Of a stretch of DNA of 64,000 nt, positions 22,607-31,476 are shown one piece after another. How positions within the stretch are numbered: position 1 is the first letter of the stretch; the number at the start of each line of letters is the position of its first letter. Below the pieces are notes generated by a model that did no database searches, was not told the origin of the DNA, and saw only the letters and a list, made by a program, of their open reading frames with translations. This DNA comes from an uncultured Bacilli bacterium (GTDB lineage: Bacteria > Bacillota_I > Bacilli_A > RF39 > UBA660). Made by a program: the position numbers and the translations under genes. Location of the stretch: the NCBI GenBank assembly GCA_934098735.1, contig CAKOOS010000004.1, positions 6,044-70,043 on the forward strand. Reading direction: 5' to 3'.

Positions 22607-22633
22607 ATTTGGCAATTAAAGGGGGATTTTTAA

Positions 22634-23104
22634 ATGGAAATTAAAACTGTAAATATACCTACTCATAATGAGAATGGTAAAATATTGCTAGATCAAAAAA
22701 CATTACAAGAAGTTATTTTAGAAGAAATGGATAATAGTAAAAAAGATTTAGAAGATCCAGTTTTGTATCGAAAGGAAGTTTATAAAAACTGGAGTGATGC
22801 GGTTTCTAAAGAAAGAAAAGCTTGGCAAAACAAAAACAATATAATCGGAGAAAGCTTAAATAATGATTTTTGTTTCAATTCAGAAATATTAAACTATTAT
22901 AAAGAGAGAATTGAATTGCTTCTTTCTTTAGTTGATAAAGCTAAAAAATATGAAGAATTAATGATTTTAAATAATGGAAAAAAATGGACTGAAGCGCGTC
23001 AAAAAATTGATTTTTTAATTTCTTTAGGTAATGCTTTAGGTTTAGTAAAAGTTAACAAAGAAACACAAGATGTTGAATTCAATTTAAAAAGGACTAAAAA
23101 ATAA
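22634..23104 (+). CDS. Hypothetical protein. It is the lone plus-strand gene in this region, with its own promoter and a bidirectional terminator at 23089-23125.
   Basis: ORF of 156 aa with a strong Shine-Dalgarno. No recognisable domain. Confidence 0.35.
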   Translation: MEIKTVNIPTHNENGKILLDQKTLQEVILEEMDNSKKDLEDPVLYRKEVYKNWSDAVSKERKAWQNKNNIIGESLNNDFCFNSEILNYYKERIELLLSLVDKAKKYEELMILNNGKKWTEARQKIDFLISLGNALGLVKVNKETQDVEFNLKRTKK

Positions 23105-24331
23105 TTAGTCCTTTTTTTCTAGCATGTTTAATGCTTCTAATAAAGCAATTTTTCCATATTCATACGTTAATGAACCTTGTAAATAAGCTATATAAGGTGG
23201 TTGAATTGGTCCATCACAAGATATTTCTATTGATGAGCCTTGTGTAAATGATCCTGATGCCATTATAATTTTATCATCATACCCTGGCATATCTGAAGGA
23301 ACTGGACTTACAAAAGAATCTATGGCACTTCCTTTTTGAATTCCTTTTACAAAATTTATAAGTTTGTCTTTATCATTAAAGTAGATTGATAAAACTAAAT
23401 CATTTCGTTCTTCATTCCATTTTGGTTTAACTTGGTATCCTAAATTTTCAAGAAGATAAGAAGCTAAAATCGAAGTTTTTAAAGCACTGGCAACTACAGA
23501 TGGAGCCATATATAAACCTTGATATAGCATTTTATTTGTCCCTAAACTTGGTCCTACTTCTTTTGCTTCTCCAGCCATATTTAATCTTTCACTGCATAAA
23601 TGAATCAATTCTTTTTTACCTACAATATATGCTCCATTTGAGGCAATACCACCTCCTAAGTTTTTAATTAATGATCCAACACAAATATCAGCTCCAACTT
23701 CAGTAGGTTCCTTTTTACCAACAAACTCGCAGTAACAGTTATCAATCATAACAATAATATTTTTATCAATACTTTTTATTTCTTTTATTACTTTTTCTAA
23801 TTTACTAATACTTATACTCTCTCTAGTACTATAACCAATAGATCTTTGAATCTCTATAACTTTAATATCTTTCTTCTTAATTCTTTCTTTTATTTTATCA
23901 TAATCAAAATCATTATTTTTTAAATCAATTTGTTCATATTTAATGTCAAAAGATTTTAAACTACTTTGATTATTATTAAATCCTATGACAGAATCTAAAG
24001 TATCATAAGGTTTTCCAGTGATTGATAATAATATATCATTTGGCCTTAGTAAAGCAAAAAAAGCTGTACTTAAAGCATGAGTGCCAGAGATAAATTGGTT
24101 TCTAACTAGTGCATCTTCAGTTTTAAAAATATCAGCATAAACTTTTTCTAAAGTATCTCTACCGATATCTCCATATCCATAACCAGTAGTGCCATTAAAA
24201 TGACTTTCTGTTACATGATTTTTCCAAAATGCTTTAATTACTTTTTGACTATTATAAAAACATATTTCTTGAATACTTTTAAATTTTTCTTCTAAAACTT
24301 TTTCAGCTTTAGTTAAAATATCTATATTCAT
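23105..24331 (-). CDS. Aluminium-resistance family PLP-dependent enzyme (Met_gamma_lyase-like, YnbB family)
   Basis: Family-typical N-terminus ...NSQKVIKAFWKNHVTESHFNGTTGYGYGDIGRD... and a PLP fold. Confidence 0.65.
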   Translation of the reverse strand: MNIDILTKAEKVLEEKFKSIQEICFYNSQKVIKAFWKNHVTESHFNGTTGYGYGDIGRDTLEKVYADIFKTEDALVRNQFISGTHALSTAFFALLRPNDILLSITGKPYDTLDSVIGFNNNQSSLKSFDIKYEQIDLKNNDFDYDKIKERIKKKDIKVIEIQRSIGYSTRESISISKLEKVIKEIKSIDKNIIVMIDNCYCEFVGKKEPTEVGADICVGSLIKNLGGGIASNGAYIVGKKELIHLCSERLNMAGEAKEVGPSLGTNKMLYQGLYMAPSVVASALKTSILASYLLENLGYQVKPKWNEERNDLVLSIYFNDKDKLINFVKGIQKGSAIDSFVSPVPSDMPGYDDKIIMASGSFTQGSSIEISCDGPIQPPYIAYLQGSLTYEYGKIALLEALNMLEKKD

Positions 24332-25050
24332 TTTTTACCTCCATCTACTCTTATTACTGTATCATTTATATAACTTGCATCTTCACTAGCAATAAAGTAA
24401 ATAACTTTAGCTATTTCGTCAGCACTAGCAAATCTATTTAAAAGTATTTTTTCTTCCTCTTCTTTTTTAAATACTATAGACATATCCTTAGTCATATCTG
24501 TTTCTATCCATCCTGGAGCAATAGCATTTACTCTGATATCAGGGGCTAAATATTTAGCAAAGTTATGTGTTAAAGATATAACTCCGGCCTTTGAAGCATC
24601 GTAATCAACGCTTTCTATATAGGGAGTATCTATGCCATTTGTACTAGCAATGTTTATTATCGTTCCATTTTTTAAAACCCGCAAGGCACTTTTTATTACT
24701 AAAAATGTTCCAACTAAATTTGTATTAATAACTTCTTGAAAATCCTGATATTCTTTTTCTTCCAAGGCTGAATCTTTAGCAGTTGCAGCATTATTTATTA
24801 GGCAATCAATATCCCCAACTTCTTTTTCTATTGCATCAAATAGTTTAACTATTTCTTTTTCATTTTTTAAATCTAATTTATAAATTAAGACTTTAATATT
24901 ATATTTTTCTTCTAATTCTTTTTTTATTTTTTGCGCTCTTTCTTTATTTTGATTATAAGTAAATAAAACATCATAATTATGACTAGCAAAGTATCTAGCA
25001 GTTTCTTCCCCTAGTCCCTTTGATGCTCCAGTTATTAATACTTTTTTCAT
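24328..25050 (-). CDS. SDR family oxidoreductase
   Basis: TGASKGLG Rossmann motif and YxxxK (YDASK) catalytic motif. Confidence 0.75.
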   Translation of the reverse strand: MKKVLITGASKGLGEETARYFASHNYDVLFTYNQNKERAQKIKKELEEKYNIKVLIYKLDLKNEKEIVKLFDAIEKEVGDIDCLINNAATAKDSALEEKEYQDFQEVINTNLVGTFLVIKSALRVLKNGTIINIASTNGIDTPYIESVDYDASKAGVISLTHNFAKYLAPDIRVNAIAPGWIETDMTKDMSIVFKKEEEEKILLNRFASADEIAKVIYFIASEDASYINDTVIRVDGGKK

Positions 25051-25107
25051 TTTCTCACCAAATTTATCTTACTATATTTTTAAACAAATTAAAAGAGCTA
25101 TAAAGCT

Positions 25108-25557
25108 CTATTTAATAATAATACCATTTTCATCAAATTCATAATGAGGTATTTTAAATTCATCTTCTTTAGGCTTTTCCTTTTCAGGTTCTTCTAAAGA
25201 ATCAAATTCAAAAGATATTAGTGGTTCTACATCTTCTTTTTCTTCGATTTTCTTATTTTCATCAATTTCATCAAATAACATTTCACTATCAGAATCACTC
25301 AAATTTTTATTAAATGCAATATAAGAATCATCTTTATATCCCATAAAATCAACAGTTTCAATATCACCATGATTAAATGAGCAATAATTACTTTTTAACA
25401 TCATTCCTTCTGGATAAGCACATCCAGAGTAATCATATACTACAATGTCATTTTTGTATTCTACAGAAAAATATCCTGTAATCATTATCTTTTTATTACT
25501 ATTTTTAAGTTTTACTATACTTCCTATTGGCAAATATCTTTCATTCATTTTAATCAA
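25108..25557 (-). CDS. DUF4176 family protein
   Basis: Pattern LPIGSIVKLK...IMITGYF...YDYSGCAYPEG. Confidence 0.55.
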   Translation of the reverse strand: MIKMNERYLPIGSIVKLKNSNKKIMITGYFSVEYKNDIVVYDYSGCAYPEGMMLKSNYCSFNHGDIETVDFMGYKDDSYIAFNKNLSDSDSEMLFDEIDENKKIEEKEDVEPLISFEFDSLEEPEKEKPKEDEFKIPHYEFDENGIIIK

Positions 25558-25570
25558 TCCCTTTCTATTT

Positions 25571-27079
25571 TTATGCTATCCGATATGGATCGGCCTTAGT
25601 TCCAGATCCACCAGCATAATTAACTTCATTATTTAGGTAAAATACTGGACGTACTGCATCATTTCCATTAACACGAATAGGTCCAACATCTCCATTATAA
25701 AAAATATACAAAGCATTAACTGAACTATCTGTAAGTGGTGAGATCATCCATTCAAGCAATCCCATGTACATCCAGTTAGCACTAGTTACACTAGAATCAT
25801 CATAATAATCAATAGTTATTTCCCATGCACTTGGAGAAGCTGAATATCCATAATCACTGGCATACATTAAACCTATTTTAGCAGTGTATTTTGTATCAGT
25901 CGCAGGTGAAGTAATCTCATTTTTATAAACTGTTGGAGCAACTTCAGTTCCAATATTAGCCGAAGTATTTCCACCTACTATCCATGTATGTGTTGCTATT
26001 TTATTTGCCCAAGTTGTTCCAATATTACTTATAAAGTTGGTATTTAAATTAGTTTTATTTAATCTACTAGAACTCCATGTATTTGTACTTGTACTTCCAT
26101 TTGAACAATTCCAACAATAAGCGCCTATCTCTTCTTTTGTATTTTCTCCTTTATTTGTTCCACTTAACGTAGTCCCTGAATAAGTATTAATATAATCTCC
26201 ATCTGTACCTAGTAATGAAGACTTCGCATAATCATATTTTATTAATTTAACTTGATCATCAAATACACCTATTATTCTATACAAATTATCTGTTGGACAA
26301 ACACTAGTATCCGTACCAAAACAAACAAAGTTATTTGTTGTATCATTTGATCCAGCAAATCGATAAGAATTATCTCCAGCTCCATTTTCTAAAGTACTAT
26401 CATGATAGTATAAATTATTTTCTCCTTGTGTTCCTGTATATAAGTCTTTTATTTTTTGAGACATGCTTAAGGTAAAATCATAAGATTTAACAGCTATACC
26501 TGCACTAAAAGTTTTACTCATTGTAGATGCATCAGTTACACTTTCATCTAAAAATAAGTATAAGTCATAAGTTGCATTTCCTTTTAATGGAATATTATCA
26601 TTAAAAACTTGATAAATATTTCCATAAGTTCCTTTTATGCCTAAATTAAGTTCATTTTTTTCTGAAGTGCTAAAACTTGCTTCAGCATCTGTTGCATCTT
26701 TCAATATTCCTTCTTTTAAAGCTTCTTTACTACCTGTTTTTGTAATAATATAATGAATAGCACTAGCATCTATCGTATTAGTATTAAGAGTTGCAATATA
26801 CATATTAAATCCTACTAAAGAATCACATGAACTAGAAACAGTAAATGTATAAGGTGTCGTCTTCAAGCCTTTATTTCTGCTCATTGGATAGCTATCCCCT
26901 AAATTGATTGAATTATTACCACTTAATTTTATTTTGGCACAGCTACTTAAACTAACCTCTGTAATTGCATCTGTATCCATTACAGGCTTCATAAAAGCTC
27001 TAGATATTCCTATAGCTAAGGTTATTACTATTAAAATAGATAAGATTGAAAGAATAATTATTCTTTGATTTTTTTTCAT
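25571..27079 (-). CDS. Signal-anchored extracellular Ser/Thr/Asn-rich protein, paralog of 13934..15151
   Basis: N-terminal anchor. The C-terminal VRPV...GGSGTKADPYRI matches the paralog. Confidence 0.35.
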   Translation of the reverse strand: MKKNQRIIILSILSILIVITLAIGISRAFMKPVMDTDAITEVSLSSCAKIKLSGNNSINLGDSYPMSRNKGLKTTPYTFTVSSSCDSLVGFNMYIATLNTNTIDASAIHYIITKTGSKEALKEGILKDATDAEASFSTSEKNELNLGIKGTYGNIYQVFNDNIPLKGNATYDLYLFLDESVTDASTMSKTFSAGIAVKSYDFTLSMSQKIKDLYTGTQGENNLYYHDSTLENGAGDNSYRFAGSNDTTNNFVCFGTDTSVCPTDNLYRIIGVFDDQVKLIKYDYAKSSLLGTDGDYINTYSGTTLSGTNKGENTKEEIGAYCWNCSNGSTSTNTWSSSRLNKTNLNTNFISNIGTTWANKIATHTWIVGGNTSANIGTEVAPTVYKNEITSPATDTKYTAKIGLMYASDYGYSASPSAWEITIDYYDDSSVTSANWMYMGLLEWMISPLTDSSVNALYIFYNGDVGPIRVNGNDAVRPVFYLNNEVNYAGGSGTKADPYRIA

Positions 27080-27167
27080 GAACTTGTGCTCCTTATTTTT
27101 ACTATATTAATTATAAATTAAAAATTTAATTTCTTCAAGTATAAAAAAAGAAGTATTACTACTTCCT

Positions 27168-30100
27168 TTAAAACAAACTAAGTTGAGCTGATTCTGGCAT
27201 GCCATCAAAAACACCAAGTTCCCTTAAGGCATTAACTGTTGTTTGATTTACATGTCCTCGATTAGCAAAGTCTTCAATACAATAAAAAGGTTTAATATTT
27301 CTTTCTTCAATTATTTTATTAGCAACGTTTTCGCCTAGTCCATCAACGGCCATGAATGGTAAATATAGACATTTATTAGCATCATCAATATAGAATGTTT
27401 TAGCTAAAGATTTTGTAATATCAATATTTTTAAAAGTAAAACCTCGGGCAAGCATTTCTAAAGCTACTGCTAATGTATCAGCAACAGCAGTTTCTTTGGC
27501 AGAGGCTCCAAAACCTTTTTCTTTTATTTCAATAAGTCTTCTTTTTATACCATCATAGCCTTTAAGCATAGCATTTACATCAAAATCACTTCTTCTGATA
27601 CTAAAAAATGCAGAATAATAATATAAAGGATAATATACTTTAAACCAAGCAACACGATAAGCCATCATTACATAGGCACAAGCGTGAGCCTTGGGAAACA
27701 TATACTCAATTTTTCGGCAACATTCTATAAACCATTCAGGCACACTAAATTCCCTCATATAAGCAACATGTTCTTGCCATGTTTCTGGTTCTTTTTTAGC
27801 TTTTCCTTTTCGAACAAATTCACTTATTTTGAAAGCTCTAGATGGATCAAGGCCATAGTTTATTAAACTAACCATGATATCATCACGACACCCCACTACT
27901 TCATTAAATGATGCAACATCATTCATAATTAAATCACGAACATTACCTTGCCATACGTTGGTACCATGAGATAAACCTGCAATTTTTACTAAATCTGCAA
28001 AATGAGTTGGTTTAATTTCAAGAAGCATGTTGATAGCAAAATTAGTACCAAATTCAGGAATACCCAATGTTCCAGTTTTGCATAATATTTGTTCTTCGGT
28101 TACTCCTAAAGCTTTAGGTGATGTAAACAAACTTATTATATTATGATCATCAAAAGGAATTTCTTCTTTAATATTTATGCCGGTTGTATCTCCAAGATAT
28201 CTAAGCATTGTTGGATCATCGTGACCAAGTATATCTAGTTTTAAGACGTTATCATGAATAGCATGGAAGTCAAAATGCGTTGTATACCAAGTACTATCTG
28301 GTTCATCTGCAGGATATTGATATGGAGTAAAATCAAAAACGTCCATATATTGAGGAATAACTATAATTCCACCTGGATGCTGACCTGTTGTTCTTTTTAC
28401 ACCAGTACAACCTTGAGCTATTCTTTCTATTTCAATATTATTTAAAATTATATTTTCATCTTCACAATAACCTCTGACATAACCAAAGGCTGTCTTTTCT
28501 GCAACAGTAGAAATTGTTCCGGCACGATAAGCGTGATCTTCACCAAATAGTACCTTTACGTGGTTATGGGCATCTGCTTGATTATCTCCAGAGAAATTCA
28601 AGTCGATATCTGGAACTTTTTCAGCTTTAAAGCCAAGGAATGTGGCAAATGGCATATCTTGACCTTCTTTTTTTAGTTTTGTTCCGCATTCACAGTTTCG
28701 ATCTGGCATGTCATAACCACTTGGATAAATGGTCGCAAGAGTTTCTCCATTTTCATCTTCAAAATATGATTTTTTACATTTAGGACAAACATAATGTGGT
28801 GGAAGCCCATTTACTTCTGTGATCCCCATCATCGTAGCAACAAGCGATGAACCTACAGAACCACGTGATCCAACAAAATAACCATCTTCATTAGATTTTT
28901 TTACTAATTTTTCAGCAATTAAATATATTACATCATATCCTCCACCAATAATACCTGCAAGTTCAGCTTCAAGTCTTTCTTCAATATTTTTAGGAAGAGG
29001 ATCTCCATAAATTTCATGAGCTTTATTATAAACCATTTCTTTAGTTATTTCAGCAGAATTTTCAAGAATCGGAGTATATAATTTATCTCTAATTATTTGA
29101 AGATGTTCAACCATATCTGCAATTATATTAGTGTTAGTTATAACAATTTCTTTAGCTAATTCTTCACCAAGAAAAGAAAAGGCTTCAAGCATTTCATTTG
29201 TAGTTAAAAAGTACATATTAGGTACTTCAATATCTTTATGGTTAAGTGGATGAAGGCGTCCATTTGTTTTTTGATGAACTATGACTTTACGATAAATTAA
29301 GTCATCTGGAGTTAAATTATGTACATCTCCTGTTGCAACCACTAGTTTGCCCATTTTTTTAGCTAATTTCACTAATCTTGATACATAACCATTATACTCA
29401 AAAACATTATGAAATTTTTTGTCTTCACCAATTAAATGAGTAGCACAGTTTACTGGTTGAACTTCAATGTAATCATAAAAATTCATAAGATCCATTAAAT
29501 CATCATCTTGAAGACCATAGCCCTTATCAAAGACTTCTCCGTTTACACATCCACTGCCAACAATCAAACCTTCTCTTAAGTCAATTAAATCTGTTCTTGG
29601 TATTTTAGGTTCTTTTCCTTTATATAAATATTTGGTATTAGCTAAACTTATTATTTTGAATAAATTTTTTAAACCAACTGGATTTTTAGCAATAACAGTT
29701 AAGTGAAATGGTCGGGCAAATTTTATAGCATTTTCTTTATCTGCAAGTTTTTCTAATTCTAAAGTCGTATTTATATTTTGATGCTTAAGTTCATATAACA
29801 TTTTATAAAAACACTTACTTGTTCCTTCACAGTCATAATCTGCTCGATGGTGTTTATCTTCATCCCATTCAACTTCAAGATTTTTTACTAATGTAGATAA
29901 TTTATGATTTCGCCAATCAGGATACATATTTCGAGCTAGTCCCATTGTATCTACTACTGTATTATTAAATTCTCCTAAATTATATTTTTTACAAGCACTA
30001 GTAACAAAAGAAATATCAAATTGAGCATTATGTGCAACAAGTGGTAAATCACCACAAAATTCTAAGAATCTTTTGGTAACATTTTCTTCTGAATCTTTAC

Positions 30101-31475
30101 CAACCAACATTTCATCAGTTATATTTGTAAGTTCTGTTATTATCTTGGGCAAAGGATTTGGACAAGCAATTAGTTCGTCAAATCTATCTATTATTTCATC
30201 ATTTTTTACCTTTACAGCCCCAATTTCAATCATTTGGTCTTTCCCACTACTAAGACCAGTGGTTTCAGTATCATATACAACATATTCTTGATCAAATAAA
30301 GAAAATTCTTTATTTTTAAAAACTATGTTAGATTCTACATCCACAGCATTAAGTTCTGCTCCATATAGAGCTTTAAACTTATCTTGATCTTCTTTTCCTT
30401 TATTTGCTTTTACAGTAGCATTATAAATATCTGGATAAGCTTGTAAAACATTATGATCTGTTACTGCGACAGCCTTATGTCCTAACTTTATAGCATGTTT
30501 AACTAAATCGGTAGTTTTTACAACTGAGTCCATCATACTCATCATAGTATGAGCATGAAGTTCTACTCTTTTTAAAGGAGCATCATCTTTAGTAGTTATT
30601 TCTTTAGATGGTATTGATTCAATATTTTTAGCATTTATAACCATTTGGTTTAAATAGGTATCCATCTCCATGTTTCCATGTACTCTATACCATGATCCAA
30701 CATTTAATTTTTTATTTATTTTCGTAAATTCTTCTTCATTATATTTTACTAATTTCATTAAATAACTATCTGTTTTATCACTAACTTTTAAATTCAAGAT
30801 AAATATAGGTCCTTTTTTACCTTGTCTTTCTACTACTTCTTTATTAAATATATATATTTCTACAATAATATTTTTAGTTTCTCCAAGTATATTATTTAAT
30901 TTAGTAACATTTCCGTCTTTATGAGCTCCCATTATTATTGGACTGTCTTCTTTTTTTACAGTTACACTGCTTCTTTCTTCAGCAATTTCTTCTTGAATTA
31001 CTTTACGCATATCGTCACTAATACTAATATCTATTTGATACTCTCCTAAACCATATCTTTTTAATTCTTTTACTAAACCAGCGGCCTCATGTAATAAATC
31101 ACTTTTTTCAAAATCATTTAAGACATGAAAATATATTTTATTATTATCTACTTCTACTTCACTTTTTTTAATACTTATTAAAGATGGTCTTCGAATAATA
31201 ATTTCATCTAAAAAATAATTTAAATAACTTATTACATCTTCATGAGTAATATTTTCATAAGAAAGCTCTACTTCACATTTTTTTTCACCATTAATTCCAT
31301 TCATGGCACATAAAAATAATCTATTTACGCTATTTACTGGTATTACTTTTTGATTTTTTATATAGACTAAAAATTTATTTTCATTTTTTCTTAATACTAC
31401 TTTTTCTAACTTAGCTTCATTAAATAACTCATCATTAAAACTAATACTATTAAAAAATCTTGATAACTCATTCAT
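27168..31475 (-). CDS. polC: DNA polymerase III PolC-type
   Basis: 1435 aa. Contains the OB domain, the PHP domain, a DEDDh exonuclease insert (YVVYDTETTGL) and the polymerase core. Confidence 0.95.
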   Translation of the reverse strand: MNELSRFFNSISFNDELFNEAKLEKVVLRKNENKFLVYIKNQKVIPVNSVNRLFLCAMNGINGEKKCEVELSYENITHEDVISYLNYFLDEIIIRRPSLISIKKSEVEVDNNKIYFHVLNDFEKSDLLHEAAGLVKELKRYGLGEYQIDISISDDMRKVIQEEIAEERSSVTVKKEDSPIIMGAHKDGNVTKLNNILGETKNIIVEIYIFNKEVVERQGKKGPIFILNLKVSDKTDSYLMKLVKYNEEEFTKINKKLNVGSWYRVHGNMEMDTYLNQMVINAKNIESIPSKEITTKDDAPLKRVELHAHTMMSMMDSVVKTTDLVKHAIKLGHKAVAVTDHNVLQAYPDIYNATVKANKGKEDQDKFKALYGAELNAVDVESNIVFKNKEFSLFDQEYVVYDTETTGLSSGKDQMIEIGAVKVKNDEIIDRFDELIACPNPLPKIITELTNITDEMLVGKDSEENVTKRFLEFCGDLPLVAHNAQFDISFVTSACKKYNLGEFNNTVVDTMGLARNMYPDWRNHKLSTLVKNLEVEWDEDKHHRADYDCEGTSKCFYKMLYELKHQNINTTLELEKLADKENAIKFARPFHLTVIAKNPVGLKNLFKIISLANTKYLYKGKEPKIPRTDLIDLREGLIVGSGCVNGEVFDKGYGLQDDDLMDLMNFYDYIEVQPVNCATHLIGEDKKFHNVFEYNGYVSRLVKLAKKMGKLVVATGDVHNLTPDDLIYRKVIVHQKTNGRLHPLNHKDIEVPNMYFLTTNEMLEAFSFLGEELAKEIVITNTNIIADMVEHLQIIRDKLYTPILENSAEITKEMVYNKAHEIYGDPLPKNIEERLEAELAGIIGGGYDVIYLIAEKLVKKSNEDGYFVGSRGSVGSSLVATMMGITEVNGLPPHYVCPKCKKSYFEDENGETLATIYPSGYDMPDRNCECGTKLKKEGQDMPFATFLGFKAEKVPDIDLNFSGDNQADAHNHVKVLFGEDHAYRAGTISTVAEKTAFGYVRGYCEDENIILNNIEIERIAQGCTGVKRTTGQHPGGIIVIPQYMDVFDFTPYQYPADEPDSTWYTTHFDFHAIHDNVLKLDILGHDDPTMLRYLGDTTGINIKEEIPFDDHNIISLFTSPKALGVTEEQILCKTGTLGIPEFGTNFAINMLLEIKPTHFADLVKIAGLSHGTNVWQGNVRDLIMNDVASFNEVVGCRDDIMVSLINYGLDPSRAFKISEFVRKGKAKKEPETWQEHVAYMREFSVPEWFIECCRKIEYMFPKAHACAYVMMAYRVAWFKVYYPLYYYSAFFSIRRSDFDVNAMLKGYDGIKRRLIEIKEKGFGASAKETAVADTLAVALEMLARGFTFKNIDITKSLAKTFYIDDANKCLYLPFMAVDGLGENVANKIIEERNIKPFYCIEDFANRGHVNQTTVNALRELGVFDGMPESAQLSLF

Positions 31476-31476
31476 C

